Shown here one piece after another: positions 19,976 through 31,872 of a DNA stretch of 64,000 nt; the first letter of the stretch is position 1, and each line of letters starts with the position of its first letter. Origin of the DNA: Williopsis jadinii (lineage: Eukaryota); NCBI GenBank assembly GCA_024346625.1, contig AP024666.1, forward strand, positions 992,001-1,056,000, in the 5' to 3' direction. Position numbers and translations under genes: made by a program. The notes beneath the pieces are model-generated. The model did not search any database. It was not told the DNA's origin and saw only the letters and a program-made list of their open reading frames with translations.

Positions 19976-21049
19976 CTACTCCCATCCCTTCGATATCATC
20001 ACGCGCTCGATGCTATCCCAGAAATGGTTCAACACCACAGCGTCCTTGAACCTCTTGTGCTTGTCCAGGCCAACCTTCTCCACGTTCCAGTCATTGCAGG
20101 TCTGTGGGATTGGATCCTTGTCGAAGTGGAAGTAGTAGCCTTTCACCTTTTGGAAGAGCTCTGTTGGGTCCGACCACTTGTAGTTCTTGAACTGCCACTT
20201 CTGTCCCGTGGTGAACACAGCCATGGTTCTGTCCCAGTGCTCCTCTTTGCTGAACTTGTCCGTGTTATCAACGCACATGAAGGTGACTCTGCCGATCTTA
20301 GGGAACGTGTGTGTGACCATGGTTATGTCTGAGCTTGAGAGCAGCTGTTGCTGCTCTGGGTCAGTGGTTTGTGGGTTGATGTAGAGGCCCTTCTCCAAGA
20401 ATGACTTGATATTGCCCATGGTCAACACGGCAGACGCAGAGGGCGAGATGAGGAAGATTGGGTTCTGCGGACGCTTATGACGCTTAGCATGGGGTCCGGT
20501 GGAGGACGCCAGCGACGTGGCTTGCTTGCGCTTGTCCTTTGGTGGCTGTAGATAGTTCCTCTTGCACGACTCGGCCACGTTCGTGAAGTCAACCACTTTG
20601 GTGCCTCTCAACGAGGTGTTGTGATCCAACAGCTGGCGCTCGTGCGATAGGACTGCGGTGAGCAGAGAGCTGTCTTCGACAGCTGCGTGCTCCTTGGAGC
20701 TCGTGGCCTCCTCTTCGCCACGCTCGCTGAATTCGAATTCTGGCTTATCGCCTTGCAACCACGAGCAGAGGTCAGATCTCTGTAGGAATCCCAGCGCGTT
20801 CACGCCACACTGTTCAGCTTTCTCCAGGAAGTCGGTACGCGAGAGCTGTCTGTTGGTCCATGCGAAGAAGCATTCCCGGAGTGAGATGCCCTTACCTTGG
20901 ACAAAGTAGCTCGTCGCCGTGTCCAATGGTGTTATGGCTCCTCCGAGCGAGAGCCCAGTGGCCTTTGTGAAGTCAGCAGTATCGCCATCTCCGTCAACGA
21001 GGTGCGCACTGTCCAAGTGGCCTTTCAGCAGGCTCAACACATCAGTCAT
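19976..21049 (-). CDS. CDC73: Paf1 complex subunit Cdc73
   Basis: ERQLLDHNTSLRG, PIFLISPSASAVLTMGNIKSFLE, WDRTMAVFTTGQKWQFKNYKW. First ATG at 21049. Confidence 0.93.
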   Translation of the reverse strand: MTDVLSLLKGHLDSAHLVDGDGDTADFTKATGLSLGGAITPLDTATSYFVQGKGISLRECFFAWTNRQLSRTDFLEKAEQCGVNALGFLQRSDLCSWLQGDKPEFEFSERGEEEATSSKEHAAVEDSSLLTAVLSHERQLLDHNTSLRGTKVVDFTNVAESCKRNYLQPPKDKRKQATSLASSTGPHAKRHKRPQNPIFLISPSASAVLTMGNIKSFLEKGLYINPQTTDPEQQQLLSSSDITMVTHTFPKIGRVTFMCVDNTDKFSKEEHWDRTMAVFTTGQKWQFKNYKWSDPTELFQKVKGYYFHFDKDPIPQTCNDWNVEKVGLDKHKRFKDAVVLNHFWDSIERVMISKGWE

Positions 21050-21099
21050 TGCTGGGTATTTTGGCTTCTGTTCTTCCGCCAATTGTCGTTGCCGCTGGC

Positions 21100-21136
<37 letters not shown>

Positions 21137-21146
21137 ATGTTGATGA
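21100..21146. repeat. (GTT)n/(TGTTGA)n microsatellite in the CDC73 leader
   Basis: Read directly. Confidence 0.85.
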
Positions 21147-21249
21147 AATTTTCAGCCCATTTCGCACTTTGGCCTCATGGGACCTTCCACCAACAGCCAG
21201 GCAGACAGGCAGGCAGGCACGCTGACAGGCAGACAAACAAACAGAGACG

Positions 21250-22485
21250 ATGAACCGACTCTCATCAGCAGTGACGAACTTGTCCATTGCCACCAGACAA
21301 CAGCTGTACATGATTGATGCTGTTACTCCGGGGTGTCCCTTTTTCCTCCCTCACGGCACCAGAATCTTCAACAAGCTGGTGTCTTTCATGAAGCTCAAGC
21401 AGCGCCAGTATGGGTTTGAGGAAGTCATCACTCCCTTGATCTATCGCAGACAGCTATGGGAAACGTCGGGCCACTGGGATAACTATAAGGACGACATGTT
21501 CCGGGTCGAAGGGAATGACCTTTCCAAAGAAGAGTACGGGCTGAAGCCCATGAACTGTCCAGGTCATTGTATGGTGTTTGCGAGATTCGACAGGTCCTAC
21601 AACGAGTTGCCCATCAGGCTCAGTGATTTCAGCTCGTTGCACAGGAACGAATCGTCGGGCTCTTTGAGTGGGCTGACGAGGGTCAGAAGGTTCCACCAGG
21701 ACGATGGCCATATCTTCTGTACCAAGTCTCAAGTGCACAGCGAGATCACCAACTCGCTGAAGATGATTGACGAGTGTTACAAAGTGTTCCAGGTGCCTGA
21801 GTATAAGCTGTTGCTCTCCACGAGACCAGACGAGTACATTGGTGAGCTGGAGGAGTGGAACGTTGCAGAGGATACTTTGAAGTCCGTGTTGGAGTCTACA
21901 GGACGGGAATGGACCATAAACGAAGGTGACGGGGCCTTCTACGGCCCGAAGATTGACGTTATACTGAAGGATAACCTGGGTAAGGACCATCAGGCTGCGA
22001 CGATCCAGCTGGACTTCCAATTACCTCATAGATTCCAGTTGAAGTACCAAAATGACATCAACGAACTCGACAGTCCAATCATGATCCACAGGGCAGTGTT
22101 TGGATCATTGGAGAGGTTCTTTGCCATCTTGATGGACCATTATAACGGTAAATGGCCATTCTGGTTAAGTCCAAGACAGGCCGTGATCATCCCAGTCAGT
22201 GACAAGCACCGTGAATTCGCCCAGAGTGTCTCCAACATGATAAACGACAACGATGACTTCGAGTCCAAGAAGTTCTACATAGATATCGATGAGAAGAACG
22301 AAACTGTTGGGCATAGAATCAAGGAATGTGTCCAAAGGGGTTATACCTATATCATCATGATTGGCGATAAGGAGCTGGAGAGTGGTCAAGTTGCAATCAG
22401 AAGACATGACGAAAGGAAGCCAACAATGATGACCCCTGAGCAAGTTAGAGGGATGTTCATTGAGTTGGACAAAACACACGCATAA
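21250..22485 (+). CDS. MST1: Mitochondrial threonyl-tRNA synthetase (no editing domain)
   Basis: LWETSGHW, LKPMNCPGH, HRNESSGSLSGLTRVRRFHQDD, GAFYGPKID, MIHRAVFGSLERF. Confidence 0.95.
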   Translation: MNRLSSAVTNLSIATRQQLYMIDAVTPGCPFFLPHGTRIFNKLVSFMKLKQRQYGFEEVITPLIYRRQLWETSGHWDNYKDDMFRVEGNDLSKEEYGLKPMNCPGHCMVFARFDRSYNELPIRLSDFSSLHRNESSGSLSGLTRVRRFHQDDGHIFCTKSQVHSEITNSLKMIDECYKVFQVPEYKLLLSTRPDEYIGELEEWNVAEDTLKSVLESTGREWTINEGDGAFYGPKIDVILKDNLGKDHQAATIQLDFQLPHRFQLKYQNDINELDSPIMIHRAVFGSLERFFAILMDHYNGKWPFWLSPRQAVIIPVSDKHREFAQSVSNMINDNDDFESKKFYIDIDEKNETVGHRIKECVQRGYTYIIMIGDKELESGQVAIRRHDERKPTMMTPEQVRGMFIELDKTHA

Positions 22486-22515
22486 ACCTGTATATAACGT
22501 ATCTGACTGTACATA

Positions 22516-22555
22516 GATCACACTTCTGGAATATCGATCACACTTCTGGAATATC
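22516..22555. repeat. Perfect 20-bp tandem duplication GATCACACTTCTGGAATATC x2 at the ATG17 stop
   Basis: Read directly. Confidence 0.95.
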
Positions 22556-23719
22556 AATCTTGCTGACATGTAGGGAAACCAAGTCACCTTGAGGTATCTT
22601 GCTCCATAGGTTTGAAGGCAGAGAATCGCCATGCCTTTGTAAGAACTCATCTCTCTGTTTAATGTCCTCTTGCTGTAATGCTTGCAAGGAAGCCTGTGCT
22701 TCGTGTATAACAGTGAGCATCGCCTCTTGAGCCTGATGCCTTCTTGTCACTTCCTTGAGGAATTCTGCGTACGACTTTCGGAAATTCGCATAGTGTTCGC
22801 AGAGCTCTTTGCTCTCATCGCAAGCTCTACTCACAGCTTTTACCAACTTGTTGAACTGCACTGTGGTTATCTCCAAGGTCCCGATACTTCTCCTCAAGGA
22901 TTTGGTGCCAACGTCGAACATAGTCTTTGCCTTCTCAACGAGCTCATCGTAGATCTTTGTCGTTACCTGAATGGAGTCACATTTCAACTTCAATTCCTGG
23001 AAGCAGTCTTCAATCTCCACGATGATCTCTGGTAAGTCGTTGTTATCCTTTTCCAGCACTGCAAACAGCTCTTCCTTCTCCGCTGAGCTCATCTCCAGCT
23101 CGCCTCTCTCTACGTCGGCCCCCTTCACACACTGGTCATAGTGCGAGGTCAGTGACTCCAAGATAGTGGCAATCTCCATCTCGATCTCCTGGACTTCGTT
23201 GATCGTTGCTATCAGTTGATTAGAATCGTCAAAGTCGTAATCATTCAGCACAGACACATCGTTCAGAGTCTGCTTCAAAGTGTCGTGCTCACGGTACATC
23301 GCATCCAGCAGATCATGGCCAGTGTGTAATGACCGAGTTTGCCTCTCCAGTGTGTCCAACATCTTATCGTCTATGAAGTCAAACAGTGTACCGTCATGAA
23401 GACTCTTTGGCAACCGCACATTTCTCAGGCTGTTGTAGGCATGCTCCAACTGGGCCATTGAGCTGGCGAGAGTCCTCTCCAGCTCTCTCAGCAGCTTCTT
23501 CTTACCATCTGCCTGTAGCTTGACGCTGTCTACTATAGCGCCATACAGCTCGTTCTGTTCCTTCAACGCATCCAATAAGAAGCATCCCCTGGTATCGTAG
23601 TAATCCTTCCTTTGTAGTGACTTCCTCGTGTACTTCAGCAGCGCATTGGTCTTCTCGCCAATCGACTCAGCTTGTTGTAGGTGCTTCAGTGCGCTCTGGA
23701 GCCATTGATTCGTGGACAT
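22538..23719 (-). CDS. ATG17: Autophagy scaffold Atg17
   Basis: TLFDFID, ILESLTSHYDQC, EVTRR, RDEFLQRHGDSLPSNLW coiled-coil family motifs. Divergent from SPP382 as in S. cerevisiae. Confidence 0.85.
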   Translation of the reverse strand: MSTNQWLQSALKHLQQAESIGEKTNALLKYTRKSLQRKDYYDTRGCFLLDALKEQNELYGAIVDSVKLQADGKKKLLRELERTLASSMAQLEHAYNSLRNVRLPKSLHDGTLFDFIDDKMLDTLERQTRSLHTGHDLLDAMYREHDTLKQTLNDVSVLNDYDFDDSNQLIATINEVQEIEMEIATILESLTSHYDQCVKGADVERGELEMSSAEKEELFAVLEKDNNDLPEIIVEIEDCFQELKLKCDSIQVTTKIYDELVEKAKTMFDVGTKSLRRSIGTLEITTVQFNKLVKAVSRACDESKELCEHYANFRKSYAEFLKEVTRRHQAQEAMLTVIHEAQASLQALQQEDIKQRDEFLQRHGDSLPSNLWSKIPQGDLVSLHVSKIDIPEV

Positions 23720-23897
23720 TTACAGGTGTTCACCAGTTCCCGCCCGGTTCGATGTTGTTGTTGTTTTTGTTGCTGTTGATGTTGATGTTGATTTTTGTGT
23801 CAAAAGCCCATGAAAATTTCACAGCGCCCAGTGAAAACATCAACATCAACATCAACATCAGCAACTCAGTGAAGGGAAACAGAGCGATAGGAGGCTA

Positions 23898-25868
23898 ATG
23901 GACGAGCTCGATAGGTTTAGGACGAGTGTGTTTGACTTCCTCAAAGAGGATAGGCCGTTTGAGCTGGGAGAGGAGGTGAGAGCTGATGAAGCACAGGACG
24001 CTGGTGGAGATGCTGATGCTGAGATTGAACACCAATACATACGCCCAAAGAACCAGTTCAAGGGCCAGAAGTACGGCGTTGGTCTTTCCATCATGAAAAA
24101 GATGGGTTACATAGAAGGCCAAGGGCTGGGACCAAATGGTCAAGGTATTAAGGAACCCATTGAGATACAGGTAAGGAAGCCTGGCACAGGTATTGGTGCT
24201 TCTCTCTTGGGTATCTCCAAGGATAAGAATGAAGAGTATGACGATGAGGAAGAGTCAAGCGACGAGGAGTACTACAAGGATGTGCCGAAGAAGTCGTTTT
24301 ACCAGATAATCAAGGAACTGGAAGAAAATGACATAGAGGTACCTCAGTCGTTAAAAGATCTGAGCGATAGCCACAGCTCCAAACGACCAATTGGCTCATC
24401 TAAAGAGGCCAATGTGGATTTACTAAACCAGCTGAACAACATTAATACTCAGGTGTTGGATATTAAGGCCAACTTGAAAGTACTGGAGTTTAACGAATCT
24501 CAGGAGCAGGCACTATTGGGTGAATTATCTCAAGAACTTGATTCCATTAAAGCCCTTGAAGACGCCTTGAAGGTTGTGGACATATCTCATCATGAGAGTC
24601 CGCTAGATGCACTGTCCAACTACAGAACCGTGCTGCACGATGTATCTATTGATAATCCAGAAGTTCAGAGGCTTGTTGTTTTGGCAATGCAGCCACTCGT
24701 CATTAAACTGTTCCAAGACTGGGATCCGTGGGACTTGACAGATTTTAAACTACTGGACGAACTAATCCAATGGAAGCCATTGATCTCACCTATCACCTCC
24801 ATGGAAGGATTGGACTATTATCACTCCCTAATATCTTCAAATTGGTTACAGATTGTAAGACTAGCGTTTGAGGAGTGGGATACAAATGTCCCAACTTTTG
24901 CCATATCTATAATAGTTGATTGGGAAGAAGTTCTACCAAGAGAGGTGATAACGAACATAATGGAGTATACTATACTTCCAAAGCTGTTACAATCAATCGA
25001 ATCATGGACAGGATTAGAAGATGGGCCAAATATATGGATCTTTGAATGGATTCCATACCTAACCTCAACCTTCAAAGACCGAATCATTAATGCTTTCACA
25101 GATCGATATGATTCGTTATTGCAAGAATCAACTGATGGACTCGTTGGAATGGCATGCTATAAAGAGTTGTGTGGATCTGATACAACTTTTGAGAACACCA
25201 TGGATTTGAGAGTACTTCCAAAGCTCGTTACTCTAGGTATGAATTGGAATTTCCAATTCAACAGAGCCGAGATCAATTCATCAATTATTGGTAAGCTGAA
25301 GCAATGGAAACCCTGGTTCCAAGAGGGTGTATATGTGAAGCTTATCCAGTTGTGTATCTGTAATAGCTGGTTAAGGTCGTTATTTCACAGTCTGAACCAA
25401 AAGGATGCCAATTACTCCACCATCTCTCATTGCATAAAACTTTGGTATGAATCGCTAAGTGAATTGGCTAATGTTCAGCAACAGTTCATCAAAGGCTTCG
25501 ACATGATTAACAAGTTCATTGAAACTGGACAGTTAAACCCAGTCCATAATCCTAGGGATAAATCCCAATACCTACGAGAAATCTGTTCAAAAGAGGAGGA
25601 CAAGAACTCAAGAGGAATACCAACTCATAAATTACAGGTATCTTTCAAAGACTGTGTTGATGATTATTGTTCTGAGCACGGATTAATCATGACTCCGGTA
25701 ACTGGTCAAGCTTCGAATATATCAGAGAAGAACATGTTCAAGATAACAACTGGAAAAGCTAAAGGATTAACCTGCTATATTGAGCATGATGTTTTATTCG
25801 TGAAGACTCCTAGTCAGGATAGAGAGTACACTCCGATATCACTGAATCGAGTCGTTGATCTACTATAA
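23898..25868 (+). CDS. SPP382: G-patch spliceosome disassembly factor (Spp382/Ntr1, TFIP11 family)
   Basis: YGVGLSIMKKMGYIEGQGLG..GIKEPIE G-patch, GCFC-like Trp-rich helical region, SFKDCV C-terminal motif. Confidence 0.85.
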   Translation: MDELDRFRTSVFDFLKEDRPFELGEEVRADEAQDAGGDADAEIEHQYIRPKNQFKGQKYGVGLSIMKKMGYIEGQGLGPNGQGIKEPIEIQVRKPGTGIGASLLGISKDKNEEYDDEEESSDEEYYKDVPKKSFYQIIKELEENDIEVPQSLKDLSDSHSSKRPIGSSKEANVDLLNQLNNINTQVLDIKANLKVLEFNESQEQALLGELSQELDSIKALEDALKVVDISHHESPLDALSNYRTVLHDVSIDNPEVQRLVVLAMQPLVIKLFQDWDPWDLTDFKLLDELIQWKPLISPITSMEGLDYYHSLISSNWLQIVRLAFEEWDTNVPTFAISIIVDWEEVLPREVITNIMEYTILPKLLQSIESWTGLEDGPNIWIFEWIPYLTSTFKDRIINAFTDRYDSLLQESTDGLVGMACYKELCGSDTTFENTMDLRVLPKLVTLGMNWNFQFNRAEINSSIIGKLKQWKPWFQEGVYVKLIQLCICNSWLRSLFHSLNQKDANYSTISHCIKLWYESLSELANVQQQFIKGFDMINKFIETGQLNPVHNPRDKSQYLREICSKEEDKNSRGIPTHKLQVSFKDCVDDYCSEHGLIMTPVTGQASNISEKNMFKITTGKAKGLTCYIEHDVLFVKTPSQDREYTPISLNRVVDLL

Positions 25869-25971
25869 CCTACATTATATGTACCTATATAGAGAGAGAG
25901 CTATGTACATTCTTTTGTGTGCTTTATAAAACTTGATAAACTAAGGAAGCGTATCAATCTTGTGTTTATGT

Positions 25972-26847
25972 CTATTTGGTTTCGCTTTGGTTAGCAGTAG
26001 CATCTGAAGTTTCGCTATCAACAAAGACCTCTTCAAAGATGACGCCTTCTTCTGGTGTAGAAACCTTCTCGAACACGATTCCCTTTTCTGGAACTGCAAC
26101 TTCTTCGATGACGACAGATTCTACTGGTACAACTTCTTCGACAATGACACCATCGGCTGGAGCATCAACTTGTTTGTCAGTTGGAGTAACAGCAGCAGCG
26201 GACTTATCCTCTGGCTTGTTGAAATCGTCTACTGGTTCGTCGTCGCCTCTAATCTCTTCGCTATAGACATCAGGGTATCTTCTGAAGCAGTTCTGCATGT
26301 TCTTGAACTTTTCGATACAGTCAAAGCCCTTTGGTTCAGCTTCTGAGAACACAAAGCATGAGAATGCCTCCTTGAACTCTTCACCACATGGTCCATGAGC
26401 CATACCTCCGAGACAAGGACAGTCCCAGTTGATCACACCGGTCTCTGGATCAAATGCAGCTTGCTGGCCACCTTCTTCCTGGCCTTGGTTACCTTCCTTC
26501 TTGTCGTCGTCAGCTTTGTCATCAGCTTTGTCATCAACCTTCTTGTCACCATCGGCAACACCACCATCTTTCTTCACAGGCTCCTCGGCCTTGGTGGCTT
26601 CACCAGCGTCCTGGGCTTTCTTCTCGGTCTTTGATGTTGTCTTCTTAGCGTCAAGAGCAACAGGCTGAGAAGACATGTAGCAATAAGACGCCAATCCTAA
26701 AGCCAGCATGGACGAAGGAGCAATCCATCTTGGAACAGAACTGGTCTTTGTCGATGAAGAGGAGGACAGCAATCTCTTAGACTTTGACAGCTGTCTGGAT
26801 GTGTTCCTTGACGAACGAGCAGCGGTGTTGAGCAACGATCTGTACAT
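25972..26847 (-). CDS. MIA40: Mitochondrial IMS oxidoreductase Mia40
   Basis: Presequence, [40 protein letters not shown] (CPC plus twin CX9C). Confidence 0.97.
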   Translation of the reverse strand: MYRSLLNTAARSSRNTSRQLSKSKRLLSSSSSTKTSSVPRWIAPSSMLALGLASYCYMSSQPVALDAKKTTSKTEKKAQDAGEATKAEEPVKKDGGVADGDKKVDDKADDKADDDKKEGNQGQEEGGQQAAFDPETGVINWDCPCLGGMAHGPCGEEFKEAFSCFVFSEAEPKGFDCIEKFKNMQNCFRRYPDVYSEEIRGDDEPVDDFNKPEDKSAAAVTPTDKQVDAPADGVIVEEVVPVESVVIEEVAVPEKGIVFEKVSTPEEGVIFEEVFVDSETSDATANQSETK

Positions 26848-27111
26848 CTGAGCAGTTTATAGCGTCTCCTTTAACCAGTGATTCCTTTGTTTATCTGGTG
26901 AAGTTCCTCGAGAAGGCCTCCGATGACAAATTTTGCCTCCGGGAAAAGTCGACCAAAGCACGGCCGATGGTTATGAAGCCCGCGCCGCTGAGAATGGAAA
27001 GGAGAAGGAGGAAAAACACAGAGGGAAAGCAAATAAACAAACAACCACACAGTAAAGGAAGGATAGCGATATAAGCACAGGGGTTGCACACGCCGGTAAC
27101 TACAGCACGGA

Positions 27112-27720
27112 ATGAGGATTTACTACATCGGTGTACTCAAGAACACGAAGGGAGAGAAGGCACTTGAGCTCTCCTCCGCCAAGGACCTGTCTGATTTTGG
27201 GTTCTTTGAGAGGAGCGGTGCTGATCAGTTCATGACGTTCTTCTCGACGACGATTGCGGAGAGAACTGAGCCTGGCAAGAGACAGAGCGTTGAGGAAGGT
27301 GAGAAGTACATAGCACATGCGTATGCGAGATCAGAAGGGCTCTGTGCGATCCTCATCACGGACAAGGAGTACCCTGTGAGACCAGCGTTCACGCTGCTCA
27401 ACAAGGTTATAGATGACTACATCACAGAACACCCTCCAATCGAATGGAAGAATGCCACCGAGGCCAATAGCAAGTTCGAATTCGCACAGTTGGCCAACTA
27501 CATCAAGAAGTACCAGGATCCATCGCAGGCGGACTCCATAATGAGGGTCCAACAGGAGTTGGACGAGACCAAAGTTGTCCTGCACAAGACCATTGAGAGT
27601 GTGTTGGAAAGAGGTGAGAAGTTGGACTCCTTGGTTGACAAGAGCGAGTCCCTGTCTGCCAGCTCCAAGATGTTCTACAAACAGGCAAAGAAGACAAACT
27701 CCTGTTGTATCATTATGTAA
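27112..27720 (+). CDS. YKT6: Longin R-SNARE Ykt6
   Basis: MRIYYIGV longin domain, [16 protein letters not shown] motif, CCIIM prenylation signal. Confidence 0.98.
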   Translation: MRIYYIGVLKNTKGEKALELSSAKDLSDFGFFERSGADQFMTFFSTTIAERTEPGKRQSVEEGEKYIAHAYARSEGLCAILITDKEYPVRPAFTLLNKVIDDYITEHPPIEWKNATEANSKFEFAQLANYIKKYQDPSQADSIMRVQQELDETKVVLHKTIESVLERGEKLDSLVDKSESLSASSKMFYKQAKKTNSCCIIM

Positions 27721-27860
27721 CTGCTGGCCACACATACGCTCCTCTGGTCTTCTAATATTGTTTCTTTTTGCTGTCCGGCTCACTCTATGTATTTGGCACT
27801 CGCTATATGTACACCTGCACTTTATGATTCTTCTCCGGCACCCCACCAGTGATGCTCTAA

Positions 27861-27867
27861 TTAGTAA
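27861..27867. promoter_or_regulatory. Yap1-type response element TTAGTAA upstream of OYE
   Basis: Exact YRE about 525 nt upstream of the OYE ATG; TATATAAAAG at 28300. OYE genes are Yap1 targets in S. cerevisiae. Confidence 0.45.
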
Positions 27868-28289
27868 GCGTCGTTTCATGTTATTTGCATTTGATCGAAC
27901 GACGCTTCACTGTCGTAAACCGTCCAATGCAATAGCCTTGCACCGCTGTGTATAAATAGGCCAGGTGCACTGTGAGGGATCGGTGTAGAATGTTCGGCCT
28001 CGGCATCTCCTGCACGTTTTGTCAGCGTTACTTGGTTGGGCCACGCCTAATGCCGTTCAGGCTATCCGATGGGACCTTTTCCTCATACAATTGAAGCTAG
28101 TAATGGTTACGAACACCATAGCGATGTACCCGATTTACAGATGTCCTCGCTGCATGTGACGTGTAAGGATCTGTTTCTGACGGAGCTGGCTGCTGTGGAG
28201 TGGTTTCTTCTACGGCTATGGTATGTAGTTTACGTTTGTCCGTTAACTTCTGATGCAAGCAAGATTGGATTATAAATCAGGAGTATTAG

Positions 28290-29624
<1,335 letters not shown>

Positions 29625-30188
29625 TTACACTCCGATGATACGATTTCATAAATTTCATATACGATAAAGCTTATAAACCATTACTTTCCTCCCTGTAGTT
29701 GGCCCGAAATGTCAGATAACCTTACAGATCAATGTAAGATTGAGCTGACTTTCTAATGCTAATACCTGCAAAGAAATGCATAAGTATGAACTTGATACTG
29801 ATGCCTGTAGGGCTCTACTGCTGCATTAGCTGCGGTAGATATTCACTGTTCAATGATCGGCGTTCATTAAGTGTTCTTGGTTCTCATCCCCCTTGAGTGT
29901 GTGGTTTGGCGGATGTCTCAATTGGAAAGAACTCAATATTGGGAAGCAAGTAGTGACTGATAAACGGTCACGATCTTAAATTAGACAGTCAGTACACTGG
30001 CTTATTGGAGCCATGGTTGTCTCACATATATACTGGATCTAATCAGGGGTAGTCAGGCCGTACTAACTTCAAGAATACGAGATAATGAGATATTACGTAA
30101 AGAGATTCCTGCTGAACCAATCCTCTACCAGTAGTGATGAGCGTGTCAAAGTCGGATACTTGCATTAGCGTGAGGGGGAACAAGGAAG

Positions 30189-30329
30189 CACGTGACACTT
30201 AATATCATGTTAAAGGAATGTTTATCGTGTACTGGTAGTACTTGCTTAAGAAACACAATCATAAACTCTTCAATGTAATGTGTCAACCAAAGCATTATCT
30301 TCACGTTGTTTCTGTTGGGTCACGTGACC
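30189..30329. promoter_or_regulatory. Two CACGTG E-boxes (Cbf1/Tye7/Pho4 type) upstream of ATG12
   Basis: CACGTGAC at 30189 and 12-bp palindrome GGTCACGTGACC at 30318-30329. Confidence 0.55.
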
Positions 30330-30591
30330 ATCTCTCTAAGTTCCAAAAAACGACCTCGGTCAGGATTGAACTGACGATCTCACGATTAACAGTCGTGCGC
30401 CTTAACCAACTTGGCCACGAAGTCATTATTCTTACTCGTAAAAACTGTTCATTTAACACACTGCTCATTCCCTAGCAAAAAATCAACCCTATAATCGCTC
30501 TCATCTCTCGAAGCTGATCATTATGTTCTCCTTCACTTCAAACCGTTTCTGATACCAAGGAAAGCACACATTTGAGACCTACCCACAATCA

Positions 30592-31248
30592 ATGTCACGG
30601 AATCCATTGGTGTCTGAATCTGAATCATCCAGTGCATGTGCCTCGCCGGCACTTCAATCTAGTGAGAACCTATCAGCTGTCTCACAGATGCACGTCTCCT
30701 CTCCTAGGGATATCATAGGACCTAATGTGGAAGGAGAGTTAAAGTCATCTGGTGAGCAAAAGACGGCTTCAACAAGGACGAATGAAGGATCGCATTCGAA
30801 AGTTCAAATTCAATCAGAAAGCGAGGATGAGGATGAGGATGAAGAAGAGGAGTGTGACCATTACATTCGAAATGAAATGCTCAAATCCAAGATCACTACA
30901 GCTGCATCTATAATGATTGACAGATTACCTCCTGTCACAAAGCAATTGGTAGATAAGATCACAGAGCCATCCAGCGAGAAGATAACCGTACGATGTCAAC
31001 CCATTGGCTCAACTCCTTCGTTAACCCCAAACGTCTTCAAAATCTCATATCACCAACCAGTCGCTACGCTACATAAATTCATCTTGAAGAAGCTGAAGAA
31101 GTCGTTACCAAAGGGGACATCGCTTTATATATACGTGAACAATTCGTTTGCTCCTGCGCCAGATGAGATTGTGGGGTGTCTATTTGACCATTTTGCCAGT
31201 GGTGAAGAACTTGTTGTCAGTTATTGTACCGTAGTAGCATTTGGCTGA
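30592..31248 (+). CDS. ATG12: Ubiquitin-like autophagy protein Atg12
   Basis: KITVRCQPIGSTP..FKIS, LYIYVNNSFAPAPDEIVG, LVVSYCTVVAFG with C-terminal Gly. Confidence 0.95.
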   Translation: MSRNPLVSESESSSACASPALQSSENLSAVSQMHVSSPRDIIGPNVEGELKSSGEQKTASTRTNEGSHSKVQIQSESEDEDEDEEEECDHYIRNEMLKSKITTAASIMIDRLPPVTKQLVDKITEPSSEKITVRCQPIGSTPSLTPNVFKISYHQPVATLHKFILKKLKKSLPKGTSLYIYVNNSFAPAPDEIVGCLFDHFASGEELVVSYCTVVAFG

Positions 31249-31872
31249 ATAAATTGGTTACAACGCTGGTTTCATCACACCAGTTGATGACGGGGTTTTC
31301 CTGAAGAGAAGAGAACAGCCACAGCCACAGTATGTGTGGCGAAATTACATGGTATTCATCAGATGGGCTTCATGAGTAGTGCTGGTGAACTTACTGCCAG
31401 GGTGTTTAGAGGTGATATGCTGGCATTACACGCTATGCTCTCAGTCAAATATGTTTAGCTTGATTCAACTGGACTCTCAATTCCCATGCATACGGAATTA
31501 TTGTAGAAGCACTCACACACCACGGATTGCACACATTGTAGACGGTATATGCTCCAGCATCCTGCATGTATTTATCCGTGATAAAGAATAAACGTTTATC
31601 CGACCATCATCTCCTACAGAGTCTCCAGTTATATCGTGTAGTCCCCATCACTGTTGTAAACTCACAAAGTATGGACTCAATAATCAATGGTTCGGTGTAC
31701 TTCTTTCTAATCCCGTTTATAGAGGCCCTGTGCAACTGAAAAGTTGCTCCTTGAAGCCACTTCACTGCAGACCATCACGGGTATAAAAATACGACCTATT
31801 ATCTCTCTCCTTGCTTTGTTCTTCCTCACAATCACTCAACCGCTAGCAGCGTTAATACAATTGGCTTGAACA

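Noticed and set aside
19762..19978. Open frame spanning the whole CDC73-MDM31 gap (possible fusion or read-through)
   Set aside because: It is offset by one nucleotide from the CDC73 stop and begins with TTG; no frameshift signal seen.
30061..30073. Isolated TACTAAC..AAG and a nearby GTGATGA (box C-like, 30135) in the OYE-ATG12 gap
   Set aside because: No good donor at a plausible distance and no box D or terminal stem, so neither an intron nor a snoRNA is supportable.
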